In this document: positions 15,579-27,562 of the stretch, one piece after another
Layout of the letters: every line of letters starts with the position of its first letter
How positions within the stretch are numbered: the stretch's first letter is position 1
Source: Felis catus
Taxonomy: Eukaryota
Length of the DNA stretch: 64,000 nucleotides
Direction: 5' to 3'
Assembly (NCBI RefSeq): GCF_018350175.1
Contig: NC_058373.1
Span: forward strand, 115,074,001-115,138,000
The notes under the pieces: model-generated
What the model was told of the DNA's origin: nothing
The model's database searches: none
The model's input: the letters and a program-made list of their open reading frames with translations, nothing else
Program-made: the position numbers and the translations under genes

Positions 15579-16232
15579 ATTATGCCTGCTTTGCCGCACT
15601 CTTATGAGAATCAGATAAGATACCCACTTGCTTGGCACATAGTAGGTATGCAGTAAATGCTACTTTCCTTTCCTGTGGGTTTTATGCTGGTTCCAAGGAA
15701 ATGACTTCATCCTTGGGGGAGAATGGCTGTTATTCATCACGCAGCTGGAACAATGACAACATGTATCTTCGGGAAACACCGGCTTCCCCTGCCTGGCATA
15801 GGAAGTGAAATGTCAGCCCCCTATGTGTCCACGCCCACTGTATGTGACAAGGGAAGCCAGACTGGCCAAGCCAAAACGAGAAGGGGCCGCAGGGTCTCTG
15901 CACTGCACCCTCCCCGTTCGACTTGTCTTTTCTTCCTCCTTTATGCATTCAGCAGACGCTCCATGGTCTTGAGTGCCTTCTGTGTGCAGACCCGGGGCTA
16001 GGTGCTAGGGCTGTGGTGAACAGACGGACTTGGCCGTGCCCTCACAGAACCTGAGCTGTCTGTGGGTGGGGTGGAGGTAGAGATAGGTGCACCTTGCAAC
16101 AAGGAAAAAGGGAAAGGAATAAGCAGTGTGGGCTATGATAGGGAGTGACAAGGGGATCTAACCTAGTCTGGGGAATAGGAGGGCCCCCTTGGGGAAGTGA
16201 CAGTGAAGCCAAAATATTAAGAACAAACGGGA

Positions 16233-16440
16233 GGGGCGCCTGGGTGGCTCAGTGGGTTAAGCGTTGGACTTCAGCTCAGGTCTTGATCGCAAGGTTTCTG
16301 AGTTCGAGCCCCGCATCCTGCTGTCAGAGAGGAGCTCACTTCGGATCCTCTGTCCCCCTCTCTCTCCACCCCTCCGCCACTCATTCTCTCTCACTATTTC
16401 TCTCTCTCTCTCTCAATAAATAAATAAACTTAAAAAAAAA
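16233..16440 (+). mobile_element. CanSINE
   Basis: TSD aaacgggag. Confidence 0.9.
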
Positions 16441-17911
16441 CGGGAGTTAGCCAGGCCAAGCATGTGGGGAGAAGAGAACCCCTCCCTCCTCCCACCTTGG
16501 GTGGTCCTCTTTCCCCTCATGCAGTGCCCTGCGTGTACATGCAACCCAGAGCTCTACCTGGGCCCCCCTCCCAAGCCTCCTGGGCTAGAGTCTCCTTCTC
16601 ACCAAGGAAGTCACTCTAAGATGGTAGCTGAGAAATGTGTTTTCTTCAAGGAGCACTTGCCTGCTGCTCAAGGATGCTTACAGAGGAACTATCTTTAAAG
16701 AACAAATTCCAAATACTGAGACTCTCAGGCACTTTCTGGCCAGTGTTTTGGGGAATCCAAGTGGCTGTAGGCTCTCTCCTGAGTACAAGCTTCTGCCTCA
16801 CGGAACGGTCTTTCTTCTTTCTCTGTGTCACTCCTCCCCTTAGCCTCTCCCCATCAGAGCAACCTGGCAATATCCAGAGCCCACGCTTCCTGACCGGGCA
16901 CAGCTCGAAGCCAGGGCCGGGGGCAGCTCAGGGGATCTGGGAGGGCACGCAGGTGTTCTGTTGCCTGGCAACAGAACCCAGCCCCCGGGGCAGAAAGTGA
17001 ACTTGACGCAGCCCAGGGTGAGGTCAGCCCACAGATAGTCTGTGAACCTCAAAAGGAAATGAAAGTTCGCCAAGAGTGGAGCCAGTCTGTTTTCATTTCC
17101 TTTTCTTGACTGAGCTGGCAGATGAGGGCAACACTGGCAAACAAAGGTGAGATCCCGGTGCCCTCTGTGGAGGGGGTGGAGAAGCCTGTTCCTAGTCAGA
17201 CTATAGCCATATGCTGTCCCAAATGCTGTGCTGTTTGGGGGTTTTATGCACAGCTTGGATATAGACCATGCTATCAAAGATGACACTAATCTGGGCAGAA
17301 AGACAATACAAATAGTTGTTGCTAAGATTCATATGCCAGGCACTTTTCACTTTGCCACATACTTTTTGCTTTTTAGTGAATGCTCCTGGTGACCCTAAGA
17401 TGTGGGGATTAGCCAGTTGACAGTAGACAACATGAACAGATTTAGAGGAATTAAAATGCCCAAGGTCACACAGCTGGCGTGTGGTGGGACGGGCTTGGAA
17501 AGCCATCGAAAGCCCTTCTCCAGTACTGAGAGACTCTAGTCATCCATTCGTTCATTCATTCACCCATTCAGTAGAAATTTCCTGAGCTCCTTCCGCGTGC
17601 CAGGCAGTGTTTGAGGTAAGGCGGACCAAATCCTGCTCTCGTGGAGGTAAATCCTAGTGAGGAGAATGGGAATAAGGAAGGAAAATTAAAAAGATAATTT
17701 CACAGAAGTGCCATGCGAAATAAAGTGGGGTAACAGAGCCGTGTAGACTGAACGGTCAGGGAAGATGTCCCTGAAGAAGCGACATCTGGGTCAAAAGGAG
17801 CGGCGGTGGGAATGTTCTGAGGGAAGGCAGGGGAATGGCTTTGGCACCTTTGAGAAACAGAGTACTGGACTTTAATGGTTTCTAAGGGAACTGTGACTCT
17901 AGACTGACTTT

Positions 17912-17946
17912 CTTTTTACATGTTTGTTTATTTTGAGAGGGGGAGG

Positions 17947-17984
<38 letters not shown>

Positions 17985-18068
17985 CCCGACTCAGGGCTTG
18001 ACCCCCACGAACCCGTGAGATACTGACCTGAGCTGAAATCAAGAGTCAGAGCTCAACCGACTGAGCCC
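17912..18068 (-). mobile_element. Internally deleted CanSINE
   Basis: TSD tagactga(c/t)tttc; (GA)n. Confidence 0.85.
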
Positions 18069-18325
18069 CTAGACTGATTTTCAAGATCTTGATTGGGATA
18101 AATGTCCTGTACTTGGGCTCAGGGCAACTGCCTAAACACAGGACATGGTGGATTGGCCTGCACCAGCCTGGCTGACGGGCGCTTCAGCTTCTGTGATCTG
18201 GCAGGGTTAACGTAGTCCAGAGTTACTCTGATAAAAGTAGGGTCCAGGGTGCAGTAGGGCATTGACCCTCTCCCTGGAGCCTCCACCTAGAGACTTGAGC
18301 ATACTCTGGGCACTGACTTGCACTT

Positions 18326-18759
18326 TCTTTTAAGTTTATTTATTTATTTTGAGAGAGAGAGAGGGCACAAGTCGGGGAAGAACAGGGAGAGGAGAGAGAG
18401 AATCCTAAGCAGGCTCCACGCTGTCAGTGGACAGCCTGATGCAGGGCTTGAACTCACGAACCACAAGATCATGACCTGAGCTGAAATCAAGAGGCGGACG
18501 CTTGGGGCGCCTGGGTGGCTCAGTCAGTGAGTGTCTGACTTCGGCTCAGGTCACGATCTCGCCGTTGGTGGGTTTGAGCCCTGACTCAGGCTCTAGGCTG
18601 ACCGTTCAGAGCCTGGAGCCTGCTTCTGGGTCTCCCTCTCTCTCTGCCCCTCCCCCACTCATGCTCTGTCTCTCTCTGCCTCTCGAAAATAAAGAAACGT
18701 AAAAAAAAAAAAAAAAAAAAGAGGCCGACGCTTAACGGACTGAGAGGCCCAGGCGCCCC
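18326..18759 (-). mobile_element. CanSINE (-) split by a second SINE
   Basis: Body interrupted at 18503 and resuming at 18734. Confidence 0.88.
18504..18720 (+). mobile_element. CanSINE (+) nested in a CanSINE (-)
   Basis: A20 tail; TSD aagaggc(g/c)gacgctt. Confidence 0.92.
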
Positions 18760-18870
18760 AAATCCAGGCATTTTAAGGTTACTTGATGCATATCAATGAA
18801 TTGCTTAGAAGTATGCTCTGGTTAACACCTAGCTAATTAGTGGAACCAGGGTTAAAATCCAGATTGGCAT

Positions 18871-18969
18871 GGGGGTGCCTGGCTGGCTCAGTTGGTAGAA
18901 CATGTGACTCTTGATCCTGTGGTCCTGAGTTCAAATCCCACATTGAGTGTAGAGCTCACTTAAAAAAAA
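18871..18969 (+). mobile_element. Short older CanSINE
   Basis: tRNA head only; TSD aaa(t)tccagatt. Confidence 0.8.
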
Positions 18970-19545
18970 TTCCAGATTAGCTCAAGCCATGAGATCTCTG
19001 TAAAGATGTTCAAAGACTAATTAACATGGTTGTCTCTGGGGAGGGCAGCGAGTTGCTGAAGAATCCCCTCCCCGTGCCTCTCAGAGAAGACCTGATCGAA
19101 AATGAGCTGGGCTGACTCATGAGATAGGAGACCCTAGCTTTTGAACTGCTCGGACGTCAGCCAGAGAGTTGTATCCTGTGCAGCTAGTTCTGGCAATTCT
19201 GAGTAGAGGGACCGTGGCTGTGTGAGAACCCACACACTCCACCTAAAGACGCTCAGTTTGAACGCCTTTATACATGGTGCTGGGCACACAGCAGTTGGAG
19301 TCCTCTGAGGCCGCCCAGAGGTTGCTGGAAGGGCTAAGCCTGTGCTCATGCGGCTGGCTGGCTGGGTAGGTGGACGCGGCCTCCATCTGAGCCCTGAGTC
19401 TCTTCCAAGGCCTGATTCTTCTGGCCAGTGCCCTCAGGTAGGGTAAGGAGAGGAGGCAACCCTGAATGCCTTACCTAAGTGGCAGGGAGGAGGTGACCCA
19501 CAGAGGGCCTTCCTGTGGGGACAGGGCATATCTTGGCCCCCTATC

Positions 19546-19858
19546 CAGGGCCAGCTGCATGGGCAGAGACCTGCACAGTCTCCCAGGGCCCCGAATTCAG
19601 TAGAACCCTGCCCTTAGTTTAATGGTCTTCAGCTTTCATCTTGGAATTCTTTTTTTTTTTTTTTTTTTTTAAGATTTCATTTTTAAGTAACCTCTACACT
19701 CAGTGTGGGGCTCAAACTTACAACCCTGAGATCAAGAGTTGCATGCTCTACCGACTGAACCAGCCAGGCGTCCCTCATCTTGGAATTCTTAATTTTTAAG
19801 CAAGGGGCCCCATATTTTCATTTGGCACTGGGTCCTGCAAATTATGTAGCTAGTCCTG
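19546..19858 (+). mobile_element. MER91A-like hAT MITE interrupted by a short SINE (19649-19774, -)
   Basis: cagggccagctgcatggg...caaggggccccatattttcatttggcactgggtcctgcaaattatgtagctagtcctg; SINE TSD tcatcttggaattctt. Confidence 0.8.
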
Positions 19859-20417
19859 TCTCTGTTGATTACAGGAGAGCAGTGACACTGTTTTTTTGCT
19901 GCCTTAATGCTACAAAAGCAAGACCTTGGATTTGCCTGGAGACCTCCTGGGCCTCTAGTCCTGAAGCGGAGTCCTTTGCCTAGAGGAGAAGGAAGAAGAG
20001 GGCAGGGGGAGGGGATGAGAACTCTGGAAAGGTTTTGAGGTCTGCCTGTCCTGACATGTCACCTATACTTCCTCATTGCACAAGGGTGGGTCCCCGGGGG
20101 AAAACATCCAGTCAGCAGCCAGTTCATACTGGTGCGCTTAGAGCCTGGGCCCGGCTATGTTTCAGCCTGACCTATGATCCAGAGGGGAAGAGATTGGGTG
20201 TCTGCTCAGGGCTGGACTTGGGCATAAGCACATTATCTACACATGCTACAACGACAATATTATATTCCAATATATATGTCTTGACACTATGTATCTATAA
20301 AAATATTATATATTTTACCAAAGATGAAACTGAGTGTTAAATAATTGGTACAACACCACCCCCCCCCCCAATATAACACAGAAGGAAAAGGAATCTTTTA
20401 TTTTTTTAAACAGATGG

Positions 20418-20441
20418 CTTTTTTTTAAGCTTTTCCCTATT

Positions 20442-20489
<48 letters not shown>

Positions 20490-20656
20490 TCGTGGGGCAG
20501 AGGGGCAGAGAGAAAGGGAGAGAGAGAACCCCAAGCAGGCTCCCCACTGTCAGTGCAGAGCCCCACGCAGGGCTCAAACTCACAAACCAGTGAGATCATG
20601 ACCTGAGCTAAAATCAAGAGTCGGAGGCCTAACCGGCTGAGCCACCCAGACGCACC
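20418..20656 (-). mobile_element. CanSINE with (CTTT)n expansion
   Basis: SINE body; (CTTT)n at ~20440-20490. Confidence 0.88.
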
Positions 20657-20854
20657 GGAATCATTTTCAATCCTATTTTCCAGAGGCAACCACAGATAAC
20701 ATTTGGTAATTTCTAAATGAGGAGCTAGCTCTGGAATGATACACAAAAAGTCACTGCAGTTGTCTCTGGGAAGAATTGGTGGGAGACAAATTTTACTTCT
20801 CACTTTGGTACATTTTGAATTTTGTGCCATGTGCATGTAATATAAAGATGCATT

Positions 20855-21064
20855 GGGGCGCCTGGGTGGCTCAGTCGGTTGAGCGTCCGACTTCGGCTCA
20901 GGTCATGATCTCGCGGTCCGTGAGTTCGAGCCCCGCCGTCCGGCTCTTTGCTGACAGCTCGGAGACTGGAGCCTGCTTCCGATTCTGTGTCTCCCTCTCT
21001 CTCTGCCCCTCCCCCGCTCATGCTCTGTCTCTCTCTGTCAAAAATAAAATAAACATTAAAAAAA
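20855..21064 (+). mobile_element. CanSINE
   Basis: TSD aatataaagatg(c/t)at. Confidence 0.92.
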
Positions 21065-21225
21065 TATAAAGATGTATCATTTTCTGTAAATAATGGTAAG
21101 GAGTAGGCTCTTCGGACTATACGAGAAGCTGATACTCTAGTTATCTGGACTGCTTGGAGAATGTAACTTACGGTTTCTTTGCAGTTAAGCTTACTTATCC
21201 GTAGTGCATTTAAAATGTATTTATA

Positions 21226-21448
21226 GGGGCGCCTGGGTGGTGCAGTCGGTTAAGCGTCCGACTTCAGCCAGGTCACGATCTCGAGGTCCGTGAGTTCGAG
21301 CCCCGCGTCGGGCTCTGGGCTGATGGCTCAGAGCCTGGAGCCTGTTTCCAATTCTGTGTCTCCCTCTCTCTCTGCCCCTTCCCCGTTCATGCTCTGTCTC
21401 TCTCTGTCCCAAAAATAAATAAACGTTGAAAAAAAAATTAAAAAAAAA
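21226..21448 (+). mobile_element. Young felid SINE (SINEC_Fc)
   Basis: Perfect 15-bp TSD taaaatgtatttata; CpGs retained. Confidence 0.95.
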
Positions 21449-21489
21449 TAAAATGTATTTATAAAACTTTGCTTTAGATAGAACTTCCC

Positions 21490-21831
21490 GGGGCACCTGG
21501 GTGGCTCAGTTGGTTGAGTCTCCCACTCTTGATTTCAGCCTAGGTCATGCCAGGGTTGTGGGAGGGAGCCTGGCGTCAGGTTCTGCACTGAGTGTGGAGC
21601 CTCTCTCTCCCTCTAAAATAAAGTAGGGGCACCTGGATGGCTCAGTTGGTTAAGCCTCTGACTTTGGCTCAGGTGATGATCTCACAGCTCTTGGGTTCGA
21701 GCCCCATGTCAGGCTCCGTGATGACAGCTCAGAGCCTGGAGCCCGCTTCAGATTCTGTGTCTCCCTCTCTCTCTGCTCCTCCCGTGCTCGCACTCTGTCT
21801 CTGTCTCTCTCAAAAAATAAAGTAAACAAAA
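21490..21831 (+). mobile_element. Two tandem CanSINEs (second at 21626 inserted in the tail of the first)
   Basis: Two heads; duplicated aaaataaagta. Confidence 0.85.
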
Positions 21832-22594
21832 CCCATATTCTAGTTTTAGCTCCACCACTAAGAGCTGTATGACCTTGAGTGAGTTACTTAACTTCTCCGA
21901 GGAAGAAGAGCCTTGCTTTCTTCCTCAATAAAATAAGGATGCAGGATTACCATTTCTTATTCATAACTGAAATCCCAGAAGTTCTAAAAACTGAGTTTTT
22001 TCTCCCCTTAGTTTGGCATAAAAACTGGTTAGGCGACACAATCTGACCTGAACTAATGTGAGGTCATATATAGTTTTATTTATCGTGTTTCATGTGACTG
22101 TGTCAACATTTCACCGCATAAAAGTGAATGTGTGGGCTGCCCAGTGCTGTAACCAGACACCAGGAGGGATGTTATATAATTTGCAGTAATAGGCTCCATA
22201 TCACTCTTATAAAATCCAAGGAATTCAGACTTCCAAAACACCTCTAGCCCAAGAGTGACAAGAAAGATAAGGTATTAGAAAGCCGAAGGACAGAGATTAC
22301 TAACTGCTTATCCAATATCCGTTCTTACCATCTTGCTTAATATAGAACTCTGAGTGGCTTTATTGAGATTAGAAGCATGCCCAGCTAAACTATTCCACTT
22401 CCCAGCCTTCCTTGCAAGTAAGAGTGGCCAGTAACATGTAAGTGGTTTGGGTGGGGCTCCCAAGAAAGCACCCCCTTTTCTCCCTGCTCCTCTTCTTACT
22501 ACTGGAATGCAGACGTGATGGCTGGAGCTACAGCAGCTATCTTGAGTGTGTTTAAGCCACAGTAGTTAGATCTCTGTTAAAGGTAATACTAACT

Positions 22595-22805
22595 GGGACA
22601 CTTGAGTGGCTCAGTTGGTAAGCAACCGACTTTTGATTTCAGTTCAGGTCGTGATCTCACAGCTCGTGGAATGAGCGCTGACAGTGCAGAGCCTGCTTGG
22701 GATTCTCTCTCTCCCTCTCCTGTGCCCCTCCCCCACTCGTGCTCATGGGTGCTCTCTCTCTCTCTCTCTTTCTCAAAATAAAGACATAAACTTTAAAAAA
22801 AAAAA
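22595..22805 (+). mobile_element. CanSINE
   Basis: TSD aaagg(t/c)aatactaactg. Confidence 0.9.
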
Positions 22806-24914
22806 GGCAATACTAACTGAAACAAAGCCCCGGTAAAATGCCTGAAAACCAGTAAGTGTTGTAAAAGTCGATAAAAGTTTACAGAAAGAGATGTGATGCT
22901 CATGGAGATGTTCTGATGATGTTAAGGACACTCACGACAGGAAGGAGTGAGCTGGCAACCCCTCAGCTTCCTTTAGAGCCTGAGTCCCTGACGTCAGAGA
23001 GAAGCATTCAGGAGATTTAATGGTGTTCTGTTCTCCAGCCAGTGATGTCAGTTTCAGGGAGAAAGGGAAAAGGCCTCTAGGGTGTGGGTGTAAGAGCCCA
23101 GGAAGGCCTTTGGCCTCCCGGAAGGTGGGTAGAAAATGATCAGTCAGTGGTGATGGGCTTTCACTTACTCCTGTCCCTGAACCCAACATGTCCTGAGACA
23201 GCCAGTCCTACGAGGGTTCGGATGGGAGGGGGTGGGGGGTTGCTGAGAACCTTGCTCTGAGGGGCCCTGGGGTGGACTGGACATCTGGAGGAGAGCTAGA
23301 GTCAGAGGGCTGAGCCTGAGGCAGGGCAAGAGGGCAGTGTGTTTGGGGTGGGCGGGGAGAGAAACTTGAGAGATCCTAGGATGGTTTCGCAAAGTGAATG
23401 CTCAGTGCTTCTAGAAAGACCACAGAGGGGCCCACTGGGAAAGGGCAGGGAGCTGGGATGGGGGAGGGGTATCTGGAGGATCTGCAGCTCAGGGGCCAGA
23501 GGCTCAGGGGCCAGAGAGGCCATGGAGATCTTCGGGCCCTGGGTTCAGTTGTTTGTTGGGTTCTGGAATTCATTAGATCATTTGTTATGTGTTTTTCTCT
23601 GCAAAATTGCTGTGACCTCCATCAAAATACTAATTGTTTTTGAGCTTCTGTGTCATCACTTGTTGCAAGAGCCTTGTCCTCTTCCAAGGCATATTATAGA
23701 ACAACACGTTAGAATAATCTGAGAAGCTGGGGAACCCAGACAGCAGTGCTGCAGAAAGAGTGTCTTTGTGAATATGATCACCAAATATTTAAATGCCCTG
23801 CAACTAGATGGAAAGGTGCATTCATAGACAATGCTCTGAAATCTAAATTCCACAATATACTGCGAGGACCGACAACTATTTCTGCCTGACGGTTGGTATC
23901 AAAGTTGAATTCGAATCATGTAAGTCACCTCTGTGGGCTCCTCGGGGTTTGTGCTGAGTCTTTACGTGCTGGGTGGAAAGTCTGGATCCTGAGCGAGTGG
24001 GTGCGGGCCTTCGTGTCTTCTCAGCTTTGTGCCTCCTCCCTCCACCCTCAGCCCTTCCCCACTCCATGGACATCAAAGCCGCTCCCTAGACCATACAAAG
24101 CCATCGCTGGAAAAGCCACATAAATGCTACAGCTCTTTGCTGACTGGGGCTGGGCATGGTGCCAGGCCAGAGATTTCGGAAGGGAGCCCTTCCAAATGCT
24201 GGATTAAGCCTCTGGAGCAGATGTTGCCTGTGGCTTGCCAGCATTCAGAGAGCTGGGCAGGCAGCAGGCTTGGACTGGGATTTGGATAGCTCACAGAGCT
24301 GTCGAACAAAGACATGTACACACTGCCCTGATGGAGAGGCCGGGCGAGGGTCAGCTGTCAGGGGTCCCTGGGGAGCCTGCTCATTGCCCAAGAGACTGAA
24401 ATCGCAGTGAGTCATTTCAGGCGGAAAGAAAGGGCACAGAACAAGTGTTCCCGGGAACACTTCCCCGACGCCTCGCCCACAGGGTGCTCGATGGATATTC
24501 CTCCCTCCCTCAGCTCTGCGCTCAACCTCCCTGTTTTAAAAATGGGAACAACTCAATGCCTGAAATTTGCAAAGGAGTCAGGCTTTGCAAAACGGTAGAA
24601 ATAACGTAGGCATTAAGTCCATAAGCCACGTTTTTGCACACAAAGTCCAGCTGCTGCAACAGAGCTGATGTTACCCCCTTTTGGAATTTGGTGATTTGAG
24701 GCACCAGAGAGGTATGCCAACCAGAGGACAGGTCTCTTCATGGGTAGGTTCCTGTGCCTGAAATGCCACACTGCCAGCATGAAGCACCGGGTAGCTGAGT
24801 CAGGGCAAAGAAGGGAGCAAATCAGGAGGCTTGAAAAGACGTGGTGAAAGGTACCCTTTGCTGATTGTGTCCATTTGCTGCAGGGCGGTGTTGGGGCAAA
24901 GACACGTTGTGGAA

Positions 24915-25080
24915 GAAAAGAACACTGGATTTGGAGTCAAGTGGACCGGGGTTTGAATCCCGGCTCTGACGCTTACCGGCTGGGTGGCTCTGAGCTATTC
25001 ACCTCTGAGTCCCTATTTCCTATCACTAAAGCTGGCTAATGATTCCTGCCTCACAAGGTTGTTGTGAGTGTGAACGTGCT
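24915..25080. mobile_element. MIR SINE
   Basis: ggatttggagtca...gtttgaatcccggctctgac.cttacc.gctgggtg...ctctgag core. Confidence 0.75.
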
Positions 25081-25910
25081 CTTTTGCCGAGACCTTGTGC
25101 GCACATGTGATTTATTGGAAGCCACAGCCCCAGGGTCATCCCTGGCAATGGGTGTCTGGGACCAGGATGCTCCATCGGCCGAGCGAATTCTCGGTTGTCA
25201 CAGCTCATCTCAGCCCAAGACCCAGGCTTGTTCTTGGGCGGTTACTTCAGAAGCTGCAGCTGTATTTCTTGCAAGCCCGTTGAGAGGCCGGAGGCTTGGG
25301 TTTCACCGAAGCCTTCAAAAGGTATCTGCATTTTGAGGCCCGTTTTCCCCTTGTCATGTTTTTTCCATTTGTTCTCAGCCTTTGGGAGAAGGTTTCGTCT
25401 TTCTAGCTGCCCTGAAATTAATCTTGCACTGGAAGTGTTTCTTACCACCGAGGAAGATCTGGGCCTGCCCCCCGGACAAATTTGCAAAGGGAGGGGGCAG
25501 GGCAGAGGACGGAGAGGAGGGGAGAAGTTGGAGGGAGGTCAGGAAAAGGAATTGGTGTGAGAGCAGCCAAGAGAGAAAGTAGGGGAAGTGCAGCCAGCAG
25601 TGATAGGAGGGGGCCTTGAAGTTGGAGGTGCTCTCCCTAAGAAACTGGGGGAACCAGCCGGCCCCAGGGCGGGGGCTTGCTCTCTCCAGGCACTCCAGTC
25701 CCCTCCACGGTGCAGAGCAGCCTGTCCCTCGGAGCCGTGCTGGTGGTGCCTAGTTGATTCTAAAATCAGTGCCACACTGCCTTTGCCCTCAGTCTCTTAG
25801 CCCGGTTCCCCTTTCCACTTGCCCTCTGCTGCCTGTGAGAAGCCCACGGGTTCTCATGATAAATGCTGTCACCAAGCCCCACCTCATGCACTGCCTGTCA
25901 CTACCCAGTG

Positions 25911-27105
25911 CAGGGCAGGCTTCCTCGGAGTGTCATCTGTGTAGCAGAACAAGGTCCCGTGTGCAGAAGGACCCTGCCTCGATTTAATGCTTTTCTTCTG
26001 GGAGCACCAGGGTGGCTCCGTTGGTTAAGCATCTGACTCTTGGTTTGGGCTTAGGTCATGGTCTCATGGTTCCTGAGTTTGACAGCAGAAAGCCCGCTTT
26101 GGATCCTCCATCTCCCTCTCTCTCTGTCCCTCCCCTGTGCTTTCTCTCTTTTCTCAAAAATAAACAGTTTATAAACGTTGGCTGTTTTTTTTTTTTAATT
26201 TTAATGTTTTATTTGTTTTTGAGAGAGAGAAAGACAGAGTGCCAGCAGAGGAGGGGCAAAGAGAGAGGGAGACACAGAACCTGAAGCAGGATCTAGGCTC
26301 CGAGCTGTCAGCACAGAGTCCGCGGGGGGGGGGGGGGGCTTGAACCCACGAACTCAAGATCATGACCTGAGCTGAAGTCAGATGCTCAACCTACTGAGCC
26401 ACCCAGGCACCCCAAAAATAAACATTTAAGAAAGACAATGCTTTTTTTCTGTCTCGATCTTGAAATTCTTAGTAATTTTATCTTTGAAGTAGGTAAATGT
26501 TTTATAAGTGCGGGCAGCCGAAACACGGAGCAATGGGCCTCGTGTGTCTGCACACGCACGCATTCCTGGGACAGTCTGGAGCACCACCGGCCCAGAGGGG
26601 GCCAGGCCAGACCTGGGCCCAGACTGCTGCCAGTGACAGTGGCAAGAGCAGCAACTGTGGGAGAGAGGAGGGGCTCTATAGGAGGGCAGGGACCCCTTGT
26701 GGGTGGCTCATTTGCATCCCTGGAGTCCCTCCCTGCAGCATCTTGTTCAAACATTAACTTTCGGGTTTTTGCTGGCATCCAGGCTGTGAACTTTGTCAGT
26801 AAATCATTACAAAATAAAAGCATATACAGAGGCATTGCAATGGAGCTTATCAGGGAATTGTTAGGATTCTTCAAGGAGTTTAGAATCTACAGTTTGGAAA
26901 ACCGCAAAATTTGCAAAGCGTATATTCACAAGCCTAGAAAGAGAAACTAGATGTAAAAAAAAAAAATGTTTATTTTTGAGGGAGAGAATGTGAGTGGGGA
27001 AGGGGCAGAGAGGGTACCTTTAGGGGCACTATTTCCCTGCTCTTTGATCAAGAGCTTGCATGTTTTACTTTGCCCTGCACCCCCCAAATTATGTTGTCTG
27101 CTCTG
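25911..27105 (+). mobile_element. Internally deleted hAT-Tip100 (Zaphod/MER91/MER115-like) DNA transposon with a transposase remnant, invaded by SINEs
   Basis: Both ends resemble the MER91A-like element at 19546-19858. Internal frame IQAVNFVSKSLQNKSI...IAMELIRELLGFFKEFRI resembles hAT transposase. Degenerate 8-bp TSD acccagtg/cctctgtg. Confidence 0.65.
26000..26436 (+). mobile_element. CanSINE (+) with a CanSINE (-) (26185-26413) inserted in its tail
   Basis: Outer TSD aatgctttt(c/t)ttct; inner duplication aaaaataaaca. Confidence 0.85.
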
Positions 27106-27177
27106 CCTCTGTGCCTTAAAGGTAAAACCCATAAACATATAAACTCTTACATTTTAAGAGTCCATGTAGACTCTAGA

Positions 27178-27395
27178 GCAGTGGATCTTAACTGAGGCCA
27201 ATTTTGTCACTGCTCCAGGGGACATGTGGCAATATCTGGAGGCATTTTTTGTTGTCAAGATGAGGGGCTGCTATTGTCATCTAGTGGGTAGAGGTCAGGG
27301 ATGCTGTTCACCATGCTGCAATGTATAGGGCATTCCCCCCACAACAAGGAATTGTCCGGTCCAAAATATCAGTAGTGCCACAGTTGAGAAACCGT
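27178..27395. mobile_element. MER20 hAT element
   Basis: ccaggggacat.tggcaatatctggag...catctagtgggtagaggtcagggatgctg...gttgagaaacc. Confidence 0.85.
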
Positions 27396-27399
27396 AAAC

Positions 27400-27562
27400 T
27401 AGGATCTCCAAGTGTGATTTTGGACTCACAGAGCAGCATCCCTGGTGGGTTGTTTGAAATGCAGACTCTCAGGCTCCATCCCAGACCGGCTAATTCAGAA
27501 TCTTCATTTTAATGAGATCCCCATGTTAATGATCTGTGTGCACATAACATTGAGAAGCACTG
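27400..27562. mobile_element. MER5-family hAT MITE
   Basis: gaaatgcagactctcaggctccatcccagacc...aattcagaatct...ttgagaagcactg. Confidence 0.7.

Noticed and set aside
26438..26950. 170-aa ORF as a functional transposase gene
   Set aside because: Only ~45 codons look transposase-like; the ATG lies in a SINE target-site duplication; catalytic and DNA-binding regions are absent.
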